A stretch of 56,430 bases of DNA, from the NCBI RefSeq assembly GCF_004010195.1, contig NC_057719.1:44866861-44923290 (forward strand). Direction: 5' to 3'. The notes beneath the pieces were generated by a model. That model was not told the origin of the DNA and did no database searches. It was given only the letters and a program-made list of their open reading frames with translations. The translations under genes and the position numbers were made by a program. This stretch comes from Chiloscyllium plagiosum (lineage: Eukaryota). Each line of letters starts with the position of its first letter. Position 1 is the first letter of the stretch. Positions 13,443-28,952 of this stretch are shown here, piece by piece.

Positions 13443-15130
13443 AATGGGGGATTTAAAGATCTGATTATTGACTGGGATATTGGTAGTGTTAAGAGTAGAG
13501 AGTAGCAAGATAGAGATATTTGGATAGTGAAGGGCTGGGAAGGATTGTCCTGAGGTATTAAATTTATATTTTGGATCTACTTTTATCAAGGAAGCACAGG
13601 CTGCCCAGACCAGAGGAGGGACCTTGGTCAGTAGATTGGTTGAGAATTGATAAGGGGGATATACTGGGTGAGCTGTTAGTGTTTTGAGTTGATATGGCAC
13701 AAGGACCAGATGAGATGCGTCCAAAAATATTAAAGGACATGAAGGTAGAAATTGCAAAGGCAGTCACCATAATTTTTCAATTGTTACTGGACTTGGAATA
13801 GTGCCATAGGACCGAGGAATTGCAACATTGCATTGTTCAAAAAAGGTTGAGCCCAGTAATTACAGAGCAGTCTTTTTAACTTTGGTAGTGGGGAAACTTT
13901 TAGAAACTTCGAGAAACCATATAACTAATAGTCTCATGGACAAATGTGGGATAATTAAAGAGAGCCAGCATAGATTACTTAAGGGAAAATAATGACTGAC
14001 TAACTATCTAGATTTAGTTGAAGAGATAACAGCAAGGGTTGTATGTGATGTACTTGGATTTGCAAAAAAATTGATACAGTGTCATACAACAAACTTGAGG
14101 AAATTTATAGGATGTGGAATAAAAGGGACAGTAACAGCGTGAATGCAAGGATGGCTGAGGGAAGAATGGTAGTTTTTAGTGGAGCTCCTTGTGGTCGAAA
14201 CTGGGACCCTTGCTTTTTTGGAACTGTGTGAATGATCTAGATCTTGGACAGTAGAGGTCAGTTTCAAAGTTTGTAGACACTACAAAACTTGGAGAATAGT
14301 ACAGTACTTGAAGAGGGTATAGACAAGTGGAGTGGGCAGGTAGGTGGCAGAGGAATTTCCTCCCTAAGTGATTGTGGGTCATCCTTATAGCATGTGGCCT
14401 ACATTGGTTCAAGAGGGCAGCTCACCAGCACCTTCCCCAGGACAACTAGGAAAGAGCAGTGTGGGACTGTTTTCCTTAGTGACGTGAAGGCTGTCAGGAG
14501 ATTTTCAAAATCAGAAAAGTTCTGGACAGAGTAGACTGAGAGAAACTGCTTCATCTTGTAAAAGAATCGAGAATAAGGGGCACAGTTCAAAGTGACTGGC
14601 AAAAGAAGCAAATGCAGTGTGAGAAAGAAAACATTTTCACACAATGAATGGAATGCACTGCCTGGAAGTGAAGTGGAATTAGGTTTAATTGAGCCATTCA
14701 TGAGGGTACGCAATGATTACTTAAATAATGTGTAGGGTTCTGATGGAAGAGTGGGAGAATAACACTAAGTCATAATGTTCATTTGGTGAGCTGGTGCAGA
14801 CATGATAGACCTGCACTGTAACAGTGCTATGACATACATAAACAATATAGATGAGAATGTGGGAGAGATGATACAAAAATTGGCTGGGTGGCTAATAGTG
14901 AGGAAGAAAGTCTTAGGTTACAGACAATTTTCGTTACATGAGCAGCTCGTTGGCAAAAAGAATTTAATCCTGATAAGTGTGAGGTGATGCACTTTGGAAA
15001 AAGTAACAAGGCAAGGGAGTACTCAATAAATGGTAGCTCACTAGGAAGAGGGATCTTGCAGTGCTTGCAGTGAAGGCGTCAGGGCAGGTTTAAAGAGTAG
15101 TTAAGAAGGCATACATGACACTTACCTATA
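13030..15130 (+). mobile_element. Highly decayed CR1 LINE fragments (endonuclease and RT remnants)
   Basis: Remnants GAVTILG, MGD and ggatttgcaaaaaaattgatacagtg (DF..FD.V); kCEVMHFGK at about 14975; boundaries approximate. Confidence 0.65.
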
Positions 15131-15199
15131 TAAATTAAAGAGAATTCTTTTATCGAAAGGTACTCGATCTTTGGAACTTTCTTCCTCAAAAGTAAAGGA

Positions 15200-17820
15200 A
15201 GCATTTGTCCTCATCTCCATCTTGAGTGGCAGACTCTTTTGTTAAACTATGTTTTCTAGATTATCCCACAAGGGGCAACATCCTTTCAGCACCCACCCTG
15301 TCCAGTTCTCTTGTGTTTCTCACTCCACTAAACTCCAATTGATACAGATCCAATATATCCAACCTTTCTACATACGAAATTGTCACCACCCCCAATTGTC
15401 CAAAACAATATCCCAGTCCAGTTTTCAGCTGAGTGAATCTTCTCTGAATTGCTTCTAAAATGTTTATGCTTTAGTTTAAAATAAAGAGACCAAACTTTAG
15501 ATGAGGTCTCACTAATGCTGTATGCAACTCTAGTAAAACAGCACTATTTTCATATTCCATTCCATTTGTCTTCCTAATCACTCGCTGTGTCTGTGTACCA
15601 ACTCTTTGTGATTCATGTACCAGGACAATTAGATCCCTTTGTATCTAGAGTTCTGCAAACCTCCTCTGTTTTCATAATATTTTGCTTTTCCCACATTCTA
15701 CTCCATCTAAACATTTTTACACCAGTCACTTCACCAATCTGCATCCGATTTCAAATTCCCTATGTCCTCTAACTTTCCTACCTATCTTTGTTAAACCTGC
15801 TGATGATTCATTGTGCATTTGGCCCCTTCAGTTAAATCATTGATATAAATTCGAAATGATTTGTGGGTTTTAGCACTGATGCTGTGGCATCCCATTGATT
15901 ATGTCTTGCCAACCTGATAATCTATTTTATGCCTATTCCTTTTCCTGTCAGTGAGCTAATCCTCCATTAATGCTAATGTGCTATCCACAATGCCATCAAC
16001 CCTTAGTTTGTGTAGTAACCTTTTGACATGATACCTTTTATCAAATGCCTTCTAGAAATCAAGCTAATGATATCCAAGTGCAACTGCATTGTTTATTACT
16101 TCTTCAAGGAACTCCAGTGAATTATTACACAGCATAGAATTATTATGGTGTAGGAAGAGGCTATCATGCTGCACCAGCTCTTCAAACTCCTTACCTATCG
16201 CTAATCTCCTGCCTTTTTCCTTACCCCTTCTCACTATTTCTTTCCAAATATTCAACCAGTGCCTCAATTGAGCCTGCCTCCACCACATTTCCAGGTGGTG
16301 CATTTCATACCCTAACTACTAAGGTTTTTTTCTTACATTATTTTAAATCTAAATTACCTCACTCTTGTTCCTTTTACAAATGGAAACAGCTTCTCCTTAT
16401 CTATCATCCAGACCACTGATGATTTTGAATGCCTCTATCAAATCTCCTCCTAGGCACCTTCTCTCCACAGAGAATAGTCCCGACGACTTCAGTCTAACTT
16501 CATTCCTGGGAGTATTCTTGTAAATAGCTTCTTCGCTCTTTCTAATGCGTTCATATCTTTCCTATATTGTGGCACCCACAACAAACGCAATACAGCTGAG
16601 GTCGAACAAGTGGCTCGTACATTTCTACTTTTCCTTCTCACAGTTTCCAATTCTTCCAATTTTGGTGTCACAGTTAAACATGAGTTTCCTTTCATAAAAC
16701 CAAAAAGCCTGGTTTTATCGAGATTTTCTGAGTTCCTTGCTGTAACCTCCTTAATAATATCTTCCTGCATTTTTCCCTCTAACAGAAGTTAAACCAACCT
16801 GTCTGTAGTTTACTGCTTTCTGTTTCCTTCCTTTGTTGAATAGTCATGTTTACCATTTTCCAATCTGATGGGATCTTTCCACAATCTAGGGAATTTTGAA
16901 AAATTAAAACCAATGGATCTGCTATCTCAGCAGCCAGCTTCTTTTTAAGATCACAGGATGAAATCCATTAAAACCTGGGGAAACGTCAGCTTTTACTTCT
17001 AATATTATTTCGTTTTATATCACTAATTATTTTTCCCTGGTGACGGAAATTGTTTCAGGTTCCTTCTTTCCTTTCAACCATTGATACAAAATTATTTCTA
17101 GGATGTTATTTATATCCTCTACAGTGTAGACAAATTCTAAATATCTGTTCAGTTTGTCTGTCACCTCATTATTTTTTATTATTAATTTCCATGATTATCC
17201 ACCTTGCAAGGACCAAGGCTCCCTTCACCACGTCTTTTCCTTTTTAAATATCTGTTAAAACTTCTACTATCTATCTTTATATTTCTAGCTACGTTTCTCT
17301 TGTTCTCTAATTTCTCCTTCCCAGTTAACCCTTCAGTGATTCTTTGCCCTTTCTCATATCCTGCCACTCCCCTCTGCTGAAATATGTGCTTTCTCTTTCA
17401 ATATGATACTATTTTTAACTTACTTAATTAGACACAAATGGAGCACACTTCTGTTCAGGACTTTCTTTCTCACTTGAAAGTATCTTTTGTTTAGCATTTT
17501 GAAATATCATCTTAAATGTCAGTCACTGCAGTTCCACTGATTTATCACTTAACCTAATTTGCCAGTTTACTTTAGCAATAAAATTTCCTTTATTTAAATT
17601 TTTATTATAAGGTCTTAGATTCTTCTTTTCTCAAACTGAATGTGAAATTTGATCTTACTATGATCACCCAACGCTTTCCTCATAGCTTTCCCACAAACTC
17701 CCATTATTTCACCTAACCCTACTGCATGTTTACTGCCAGGGGACATTTAAACTACTCACACAAGTGACTTCTTGACTTTACTTTACCCAAACTGATTCTA
17801 TATCTTGATAATCAGAACCA
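15200..17820 (-). mobile_element. Cluster of nested, decayed CR1 LINE fragments
   Basis: Minus-strand remnants LWVPQYRKDMNALERAKKLFTRILPGMK, GFMKGNSCLT and ARNIKIDSRSFNRY; boundaries approximate. Confidence 0.7.
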
Positions 17821-17821
17821 T

Positions 17822-18400
17822 GATATAAAATCATAGGACTGTATAGCAGGGAAACAGACCCTTTGGCCCAACTTGTCTGTGCCAACCAGGTATCCTAAAT
17901 TAATTTAGTCCAATTTGCCACCATTTGGCTCATATCCCTGTAAACCCTTGCTATTCCTGTACCCATGCAGTTGTTATATTTAAACCAGCCTCAACCAATT
18001 TCTCTGACAGTTCATTCCATACACACACCACCCTCTGTGTGAAAAAGTTGCCCCTTAAGTCCCTTTTTAAATCTTTCCCCTCTCACCTTAAACCTATGTC
18101 ATCTAGTTTTGGACCCCCTACCCTTCCCGATGAAGGGCTTTTGCCCGAAATGTCGATTTCACTGCTTCTTGGATGCTGCCTGAACTGCTGTGCTCTTCCA
18201 GCACCACTAATCCAGATCTTTTTATCACCAAGAGAAAGTGGCTATTCACCTTATTCATGTCCCTCATGATTTTATAAACCTCAATAAGGTTACCCCTGAG
18301 CCTCCGATGCTCCCGGGAAAATAGCCCCAAGCTTGGAAATCTTTTCTGAACCTTTTCAAGTTTCACAATCCCTTCTTTTTGAGAGACCAGAACTGCACAC
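17822..18400 (-). mobile_element. CR1 (HER1-like) LINE 3' fragment interrupted by a Penelope-like insertion
   Basis: Reverse complement of the same 3' end as 5700-6060; LGLFSREHRRLRGNLIEVYKIM. Confidence 0.85.
18122..18217 (+). mobile_element. Penelope-like 3' fragment with mutated hammerhead core (CCGAUGA-A-GGGC-UUUU-GCCC-GAAA-UGUC)
   Basis: Closely matches the reverse complement of 56190-56285. Confidence 0.75.
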
Positions 18401-20841
18401 GTTTTCCTAACTAACAGCCTTGTCACAAATGTCATGAATCCTTGGATATTCAAGCCCCAGCTTATGTTATCTTGTAGCCATGTCTCTGTAATTCCTGTCA
18501 GATCAGATTATTTACTTGTAATGTCAATTTGCATGTTTTATGAATGTTATGTGCACTCAGATTCACAGCCTCAGTTATGTATTTTTACTAATTTTGTAAC
18601 CAGTAGACTTGCCCTTTTGGTGTTCTCTTAGATTTTTACACTGTATTTTTTTCCTGCCACACTGTGATTATCTTTTCCTGTATTGCTACCTTACTCTGTT
18701 GTATTTTGTTGCTACATGACATTTTAATAGGCATCTGTTGAGGACACCTAAAAAAAAAACTGGCCCACATAAATTTCATGGGACCAAAGTAAAAATATGT
18801 GTAAGTGTAGTATTCTCAATCTGACCCATGATGGTGGGAAGACAGTGGGCATTCCACCCTCTGCCTTCCCTCATCATCTTATGCGGTTCTCTGCAACCCA
18901 TCTGAGACAGTCAATGAAATCTGTTGGTCTGGTTGCTGTGATCTTCTGCAGTACATCACTGGTAATAATTCAAAGTTAAGCATTTAACTCTTTCGGAAGT
19001 TGTCTACTCTTTACCATTTCAAGACTGAAAATTAAGTGGCGAGTTTTTGAAAAGCTTTGGGTGAGCATTTAGGGTTCTTCTGGATCTTAGAACACTTTCT
19101 TGTGAAATAATTTATTTGCAGCTGTTGTGGGTGGGAGTACATCAATGAATTCTTTGTTGTGTTCAAAATTATAGTTAGCTGACTTTTAATTTATGAGAAG
19201 ATATTTCTTACGATTGAAGTGTTGAATATTTTTCGAAAGAAGCCACGTTTTACTCAGACTGATGAGAATTATTCTTTATTTTGTGGCCAAATACTGCCTA
19301 CTCCAAAGGATTGAGCTCCAGTGGTGAGCTGAGGGCATTAAACATATGCAGAGCTCCTTTGGAAAGCACAGATGTGAGACTGCTTATTGCTCTGGAATTT
19401 TTCTTAAAGACCACCTGTTTAAAGTTTCCATCCAGTGACATGTGAAACCATTTAGATTGAAGCAAGACCAACTGAACTTCATGCTTAAATTAATTGGCTG
19501 ACAAGTCTTGCTGTGTAACAAGGGATATTTTAGGCCATTACCAGATCAGTGTGCCAGATTATTATGAATACATTTTGGAATCTTTTGCATTTCTGAAAAT
19601 AATACTTGTTTAGTTTTAAGATAGCACAATGATAAAATTTTGTGTTCAATGTCTTTAAAAAGAATGCAGTTTGCAATCTATACATGACAGTATCACCACG
19701 CTTGCACAAAGAAGATGACAATTATATGTGCTGTAGGAGAAAATGATTCAGCAATAACTTGTGTATTAAAGTGTCATAATGTAACTGTGTGCTATGATTG
19801 ATATGATGAATAGTATCTGAATATCTCAATTGTATTCTGCACAAAATTATTTATTTTGTCAACATCATAAATTGTGACAATTATGAATCCAAGAAAGATC
19901 AAAATGTGGTGAGAAAAACTGCCAGTAAACATAAAGGATTCAGGGTTGACACAGCCTTTGAGAGCATTCATAGGGTAGTGCTGTTCTCTTAAAATTACAA
20001 ACAAAAAATTGTAATACATCCATGATAACTCTGAAAGTTTTATTTATTGTTGTGATGCCTATAGAGATCAACAAACTGAGAGGCAAATTTGCAAAACAAA
20101 TCCTAAAAAAAATGACAAGTTATTGCATTTTCTATTACTTTAACGATCAAATGAAAACCAATATAAATTAGCTGGCAAACCAGTGTATATGTAATATATG
20201 GATTACCATTAAATGAAAGATACAACAGAAATAAATCTTCCCCTTATCAGGCAGCCCTCACTGTAGATATGGCACTGATTTCAACTGCATACTCCTAATC
20301 ATCTTCAGAATTCCAGTTCATTTTTCTTCAATGATTTAGCCATTTCAGGGTCTCCTGATATCTAGCCCTTGAATCGAGCATGCAGGCCATGCTTAGTGCC
20401 TAGATCCGTACCAGATGCATGCTTGAGTGATGATAAACAGTAAGCAATATGAATATTACATGTGCCAAGATATTACAAATGGGTGAAGGTGTTCTAATTC
20501 AGTGTCTTTATACAATGAGGTAACTGATGCTGATCTTTTTACTGTTGAATTCTTTTCCTGGTACAGATTGGATAAGTTTCATTTTTTCCAAGCCACATTG
20601 GATGATAACCTGAATTTTGGTAAAATCATTAAGATCTGATTATTACATCTCTCCTTGGAATTGAGGCTGAATAGAGGCAACTGGACTATACAGCTTTGAT
20701 GTGTTGATCTTTGCTTGTGTATGTCATTTAATAAATGGAGGAAAATGCCATCCGTGGGGTTTCTGAATTGGAACTAAAATTGAAAGAAACATTAATCACA
20801 GGTTATCTGAAAACAAATGTTAAAATTGACATTACTGATAG

Positions 20842-21054
<213 letters not shown>

Positions 21055-22028
21055 TGACCCAGCACTTTTCTATTTTTATAATTACACCCCAATCAAGAGT
21101 AACTTTGATAAATCGATAACAACTTCTTACTCTGGAATAATAGCTGGGTTAGCTAGCACTACAGGGGCAACAGTTAAAGGTTGTTTAAACATGAAAGGGA
21201 AGTTTGAATGGTGTGTGATTGCCATCTGACATCTGAGTTCTCACAGCTATCTCACTTGTATCAGGGTAGCTATTTCTACAGGTGATAGAGTTGCATTCTT
21301 TTTACGCTCACAAGCAGTAAGAAGGCAGTGAAGTTAATTATATTGGAGAACGCCTCCCCCCTCCATTGTGACATATTAATGTGCATACTGGGTCAAGGGT
21401 ATAGAGACCACAAAAGGACAAACAATACTAAGCCACAATGATGAGGTGTAATGTGGTTGGAAAGGACAAAATTGATGCAAAATACATTACTTTCCACTAT
21501 ATGAAATCGTGTCAATTGCACACAATCCATGTCACTATTTGAGTGAATGTTACTAGCATTTAAAAAAACTTTTGTGTTTTTCCTATACACTCATCAGCAT
21601 AATATTTCATAAAATCACTGAAAATGGCTGCACTGTCCATGACTATACCCTTGACATCAGCTTGGCTGTCAAATTCAGTTTTTAAATTATATCATCTCAG
21701 TAAATAAAACATTTATTTTTAGTGGCATCCAGTATTAAAGTTTTGGTGAAGGGTATTCTGGATTTTCTAACATTTATGGAGCTGAAGTAAGCCATTAACA
21801 GTAATGCAAAATGGGCTGAGAATTGATTGACCATTGGTTTACAGCGTGTGCAGTTTTTCTTTTGCAGCATCTTCATTGACCAATTGGATCCCTCTATCTG
21901 TTGATGTGAAGTGTTGCTTCGTTGATACTTATTTGTATTCTGTTTTGTAACTGACCCAAAGAATTCTTTGTTTCTTTGTGGGTTTTATTTATAAGAATAT
22001 GAATGGGCATGCAATTGAAAAATGTTGA

Positions 22029-22163
<135 letters not shown>

Positions 22164-23089
22164 TAAGATTAATCACCTTTTCAACAATGGGAAATGTAGG
22201 GACACAAAATCCATCCAATGACCTAACCACCCAACCTGATCTCTCTGCCATTTTACAGAGGACACAAGACGTGATTGGTAGCTTGCCCACCTTTGGGCCT
22301 ATTGAAGCCCATAAATGACCAATTAAGGGTCTCAATCCTCCATTAATGGCATTTAACCAGTGGTGGGAGAGCCCTGCACAATGTGAGAGCCTGGCAGCTT
22401 TCGTTGCTTGGATGGTATGAAGTAAATTGGCAGGGGGTGTCTCACTCACATGCCCCCACACCCTTTGCTGAGCCTTTAGATTGTGAACTTAACCATGCGG
22501 ATGGGCACAGGTTGGGGCTGTCTGGAATCCAAGCAGTAGCCACTCCACTGTCAGTTTGTTTTACTGAACCAACAGAGCAGTTGGCCATCCGGATGGCCTG
22601 CACCTCTCTAAGGATTCAGGAACCATACTTCTTTGTAAATCCCAGCACATGGACATGTTGGGAGGCAATCCAAGTCCGTAAGGGAAATGTGAGGAATGTG
22701 CGGTATAGGCAGCAGACTTTTATATGAGCTGATAGTTGTGGAAAGTGGAGGATTGAATCCTTACTATTAGAGTAATCAAATTTGAAGGTGTCAAAGACAT
22801 GATTGAGCCTTTCTGTAAAAGCTGGACTGTGGAAGGGGTGGGGGGGGGGGGAGAGAGAGGGGGGGGGGACGGGTGATGCATCAGGCTTAATGGTAAAGAT
22901 GGAAAAAGGCAGCTACTGTAATAGGTCAGCAATTCAGCCCAGGGTTGTACTCCAGCACACAGTTTGGTTAAGCTGAAAGTCTGGCCAGGCTTGGGGATGG
23001 GGTAAGAGGCAATGACGCGAAGATGTTAACTTCAGGCTTCCTACTGTTTGACTGGAGGAGTTTGCAGAAGATCGAATATTTGGGGCTAT

Positions 23090-23885
23090 GATATCATGCT
23101 GTAGTCTTCAGGAAGACATTAATGGACTGCTCAGTTAGTTAAAATGTAATGGGATTGGAAGCAAATAGAATTCAATGCAATGAAGTATGACATTATGTAT
23201 TTAGGGAGGACAAGTAAATAAACAATTAATGGTAGGATTTTGAGACATATAGGGGAATAGACAGATCTTTCAGTGTATGACTACCGATCCCTGTTCCTAG
23301 CTGGACAGCTAACTATGCTGGCCAAGAAGGCACCCAGGGTCTACCGTTTTTTTAAAGCAGTGGTATGGAATGTATGAGCAGGGAGATTATGTTAAAGTGT
23401 TTGTTATGTCATAGCTAGAGTGCTAAATGTGCTTATTTATAGAAAGGGATGATCCCACTCTAGAAGTTAGAGGACATTTTGCAAGCATGTTGCCAGGAAT
23501 GGAGAATTTTATCTGAAGTGGAAAGATAGAGTAGTTGAATTATAAAACTGAAGACTCTACATAGACCCTTTCTATATATTCAAATTCCTTTAGCAGAAAG
23601 ATCTGTGAGCAGATGCATAGATTTAAAATATTTGCCAGAAGATTAAAGGGAAGTTGAGAATAGTTTATTTTCATCAGAAGATGGTGGGACTTGGGACTGT
23701 TAACCTGAAAAAGTGACAAGACAGAAAGCCTTACCAAATTTCATAAAATGTTTGGAGATGCACTTGAAGTGCCATATTCTTGAGGGGTGGAAAATGGGAT
23801 TAGGCTGGGTTTCTGAGTTTCTGGGTTTCTGGCTAGAACAGACATGATGAGCCAGATAGCCTCCTTTGACCTCATATATTTTAAA
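23090..23885 (+). mobile_element. Old CR1 LINE 3' portion, heavily decayed
   Basis: Degenerate similarity to 5250-6060 (caaatagaattcaatgcaatgaagtatgac; atgttgccaggaatggag; 3' end gacatgatgagccagatagcctcctt). Confidence 0.6.
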
Positions 23886-24363
23886 TGTTTCTTGACACTA
23901 CAGACCCAATTTTTGTCAGGCTGTGAAATGGCTGACACAAAACTTTTTTCCGAGGCAATTTGATCATCTTCCTCATTCGTCGTCTTGCCCCATTTTCCAC
24001 TAGCCATTTTTCAGGTTGGGAATTTGCTTAATGTGCATTTTGCAGATCCATCCCCCACTGAGGCCACAATTTCCCATTTCATTGGAGGATGAAAATGAGA
24101 TTTCATTCTTTGCACCATTTTCATCCTATGCTGCCATCCTATGTTGTGAAAGCCGATTAGGTTATCAGGTTGGAGAGTTTGTGAAGAAAATGATAAACCT
24201 GCTGAGGAACATTCCGAAAGATGAGAGCAAAGCGTTTTCATATCTTTGTGTATAACTGTGAGGTGCTTTATTGTAATATAGTTCAGTTTCTAATGCAGTG
24301 ATTCCAATGCTGCTTATCTACAAGCATGTAACTTTACTTCAGTGTGTTTGTCAGAGATTCTAA

Positions 24364-24573
<210 letters not shown>

Positions 24574-25544
24574 TGACCTTTGCAAATCTTTAATCTTTTT
24601 AAAATCTTTATATAGATACAGAAATAAAAGAGGCAAAACTCAGTTTGTTAAGCTCCAAACACGGAAGATCTAACTGAGCTTGGAGTCTGGGATTTGTGAC
24701 TCAGTGACTGTATGCATCACCTTTAAATTCCAACTTAATTTAAAACAAATTCATTGTAACCAAGTGCAACCATGCGCATGATGGAATTGGCACAGGATGA
24801 TGCATCAATCCTGAGCTCCAACGTTTATCTCTTGGAGGAAGTGCCCACAAACAAGGCTGAGAATTTTTATAGCATTCTACTGAGATTGCAACCTGAAAAT
24901 AACTTCACTGTCTGTTGAGAGGGTGAGATTTTCTCCTTTCGTCCAATGTCTTAAACCATTGTTTACTTATGTCCTTCAGCCAGCACAATGGAGATCGACA
25001 TAGTAAACAAATGAAGAGGCAGATTGCTAGGCTCTGAACTCTACCCATCAACTACATCAGGTTAATGGCAGTTCATTATGGTGGGAATGGGAAGACAGAA
25101 CTAAAGTAGTATGGGAGTAAAGCAGCACACTGCTCTACTCAATTCTGTCTCTCGTTTTCCATTGCTGTCTTCTCTGATTTCAGCAAGAATGATACTGAGT
25201 AATCCAGTCTGATTTCCACCCAACATCCTTTTGCAGTTGTTTGAATTTTACATTCATGAATGCAGAATTTATAATAAACCAAATGATCAGGATCACCTTG
25301 TAAATGTTATTTCTCATTGCCACCTCCTGGTTGGAGTTAAAGTAAAAGTTTGGAATAGGAGTGTATAAGTTCTTTCAACAAGAATGCAACTTTTAGTCAC
25401 TGGATTTGTAAGCGTAGTGAGATGAATCTTATCAGGCTAAAGCTTTTTCATTAGCATGCAGCTCTCAATTTATGCAAAACTTTCCCTTCTGTCTCCACCT
25501 GTACAAATTTGCATGTTTTTGAATGCATGAATGTCAAGCAGCAA

Positions 25545-26197
25545 TGTAGAATCTAAACCCCTATTACCTTTGCTGAAAATCCTACCATCAATATCCTGAG
25601 GATTACCATTGACCAGAAACTTAACTGGTTTGGCCACATCAATGCTGCAATTTCGAGACCAACTCAGAGATTGAACATTCTGCTGTGTGAATCTCCCCTC
25701 TTAACTGCCCAAAGTCTGCCCAATATCTCAAAAACACAAGTGGGGAATGTATTAGAATATTTCATTTTCTCAGATGAGTGCAGATCCAACAAACCTGCAG
25801 AAGCTTGACTATCTGAGACAGAGTAGCCCACTTGATCAGCACTATAACGTTCACACTCTCTACCACTGTGGCAGCAATGTGTATCATCGACAAGGTGCAC
25901 CACAATGACTCACCAAGCCACATTGACAGCACATTCTAAAATCTGTACATCTACCACCTAGAAGAATGAGGGCAGTGGGTGCATGAAACCGCATCACCTG
26001 CAAGTCTAATGCCATCCTAACATGGAATGACATCTTTGCACCTTCACCTTGAACATCCCTCCATTACATCATTGGGTGCAATGACACTACTCAGTAATAG
26101 TTTGAGAAGTCCTTTCTCATAACTTTCTCACGCACAATTATAGATGGGCAGTAAATGTTGACTTTCCATATCCCATGAACTAAGTTTTAAAAAAAAA
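25545..26197 (+). mobile_element. 3' fragment of the same LINE family as 28548-31837
   Basis: Shared blocks such as ctaccacctagaagaatgagggcagtgggtgca versus ctagcacctagaagacaagagcagcaggtgca; ILrITIDQKLNW remnant; similar tail. Confidence 0.7.
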
Positions 26198-27837
26198 TGA
26201 TCTTTTGGTCATTTTTTTTTCACAGGATTGTAAGATGTCCAGTAGGTGCAGCTCTTTAATCAGCTAAGACAACTTTAAATATTTTTTGCATTAATGCGTA
26301 TGCTAGTTTTACGCATTTAGTTAATTTTACACATTTAGCTAATTTAGTTGCAACAAGAATACACTGTTAGCAAGGAGAATTTTTATAACAAATTGTTTAG
26401 ACAGGACAGGGACCTATGAGAATGATATTACGTAATATCCCTTAATGCTGCCTTCTCATAAGTAGCAAATTGCTGACTTAATTATGTGTGTGCTGAATAT
26501 CCATAATGACCTCAGTGCAGAGACTGAAAACATCATAACACAGAAACCACAAAATAACAGGGGACTTGTGTTACTATATACTTAAGCTAAATCTTAGAGA
26601 GTTTAAAGGCAATATTTTGAGTCTGAATACACAATCTCATGAACTTTGAAAGCCTTGAAGAATAAAACTGTGGCTACCTTTGTAAATAAGCTGAGTGCAT
26701 TTCTCTGTGTATTTGTTTGTTTGTGTGTGTATCTATGTATATTGTTTGTGCATTGTACGATAATGAAATACAGAATTTTAAACTGACCTAAGTACATTTG
26801 TCATTTTGAATAGTCATTTCTTTATATTGGCAAATCCTTAAAGTTGATCCAAATGCTAAGCTGGCAACTTTTCATCCAGATTAATTTAATAGTAGGCTAC
26901 AGCTGTGTGTTCCAAACTGGGAACAACATGAAATAGAAATTAAGGGAGTAAACGTCATCTGTTGTAACATCTGTATATTTCAGGCTCACAGTTACTAACA
27001 TTATGTTTTGATAGCAGTCCAATAATTATTATTTTGATTTGAATTTCTTATTTTCTGATCCTCTAGTTTCTGTTACAGCAAAGAGATAAATATGAGCAAA
27101 CTATGACTCCTCCAAGCCTTTGATTTTGGTCCTTCTTGGCAGTACCTTGTGCATATTTATTTGAAGCACAGTTGGTGTTGAGTAGGGAGTCTGATCTGTT
27201 TTAGTTTGAGATTAGGTGGGAAGTGATAAAATCCAAGGATGATTAGACATAATATTAGCAACAGATTGCTGTCAAACAGTCACCACTTACCACTCATTTG
27301 TCATTTTTAGTGCTGTAATTCAAAATGTACTGAAAAGAAGTAGAGGCAAAAAAAAACAATTAATATATACTGGGAAGAACATCTGAAAACTTCAAAAATA
27401 TTTTTATAAAAGAACTGAAAATATCACTTTGACACCAAATTTAAGTTGGAGAATACTCTGCCCTTTGGTAATTTAATATTAGGTTTTAATGACTGACTGA
27501 CACTAATAGCCAAATTGCCTGAAATACTTACTTGCCATAGGGAAATTGAAATATAATCCATATAGAATAGAAAGTGTATTGGTTCAACCCCTGAAAGCAA
27601 CTGACAGCATTGAACATTTTGCGTGTTCAAAGTCAGGCAATGCTATGCCACCTTCCCAGATCCCTGATCATTGTAGTAGGTCTAATAATATGTTGAAAGG
27701 GCTTGTTTGCCTCTATGTAGGATTGGCGACAATGCCATAGACATATATGATACATAAGAATACGTGCAAGTACTGTATTGTTTTGGAGCTGCAGTGATTT
27801 TATTCTGTGAAGATTGTATAATTGTCACACAGTATAG

Positions 27838-28107
<270 letters not shown>

Positions 28108-28799
28108 TGACTGAAAGAATTCTCCATTTACTGAGATTTATTTTTATCTGGTTCCTTTCACAACCTGGGAAGGTTACCAGTAATCCGTTTAGTGGAATGG
28201 TTGCCTTAAGATGGGGTTTGTCAACCAGAGTTTTAGGAGATCACTATCCAGAACAAAAATTAAGGTAGTGAGTGACATCTTAGAGATGAAAACTACAACA
28301 ACCCTGCTTAAAAAGTGGTTTTTGACCTTGTAGCAACTGATCACGGTTAGATGGTGCAGTGTAAGTCTGGTATTTCACAGGAGGAAAAGGCTCAGGGAAA
28401 GAGCAATATTTGCATCTAGCAATAACAGTTCACCTTTAGCTTTTGTTACCTATTTTTTTGTTTTCTGTCTTTGTGTAAGAACAGTTGAGGCCAAAGGGAA
28501 GTAAGAGTTTATTATACCAAGTACCAGTCTGTCCTGATTTAAGTGGAGGGGGGAGTGGCATGGTGATAATATCAGATTGTAATCTAGAACCACAGGCTAA
28601 TGTCCTGGAGCCAGGGGTTCAAATCCTACAATGGCACATAGTGATAGTTAAATCCAGTAAATATCTAAAAATAAAAGCTAGGCTAATAATGAGCAAGTAG
28701 CTCTGGCTGATAATTTTTTGAACAATCAGGTTTACTAATGTCCTTTTGGAATTGAAAACGTTGTCCTTGCCTAATCTAGCATACATGTAACTCCAGGTC

Positions 28800-28952
28800 G
28801 AGAGTGTGGTGTTGGAAAAGCACAGCAGGTCAGGCAGCATCTGAGGAGCAGTAGACCAGGAGATTCTCCTGTCCCTGCCTGACCTGCCATGCTTTTCCAG
28901 CACCATACTTTCGACTCTGATCTCCAGCATCTTCAGTCCTCGCTTTCTAGTA
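28800..28952. mobile_element. Fold-back Penelope-like fragment with 19-bp TSD (ATACRTGTAACTCCAGGTC at 28781-28799 and 28953-28971)
   Basis: Inverted arms ggaaaagcacagcaggtcaggcag / ctgcctgacctgccatgcttttcc; hammerhead core deleted. Confidence 0.8.

Noticed and set aside
22835..22875. G-run / G-quadruplex candidate
   Set aside because: Simple homopolymer runs in a decayed repeat-like region; no evidence of function.
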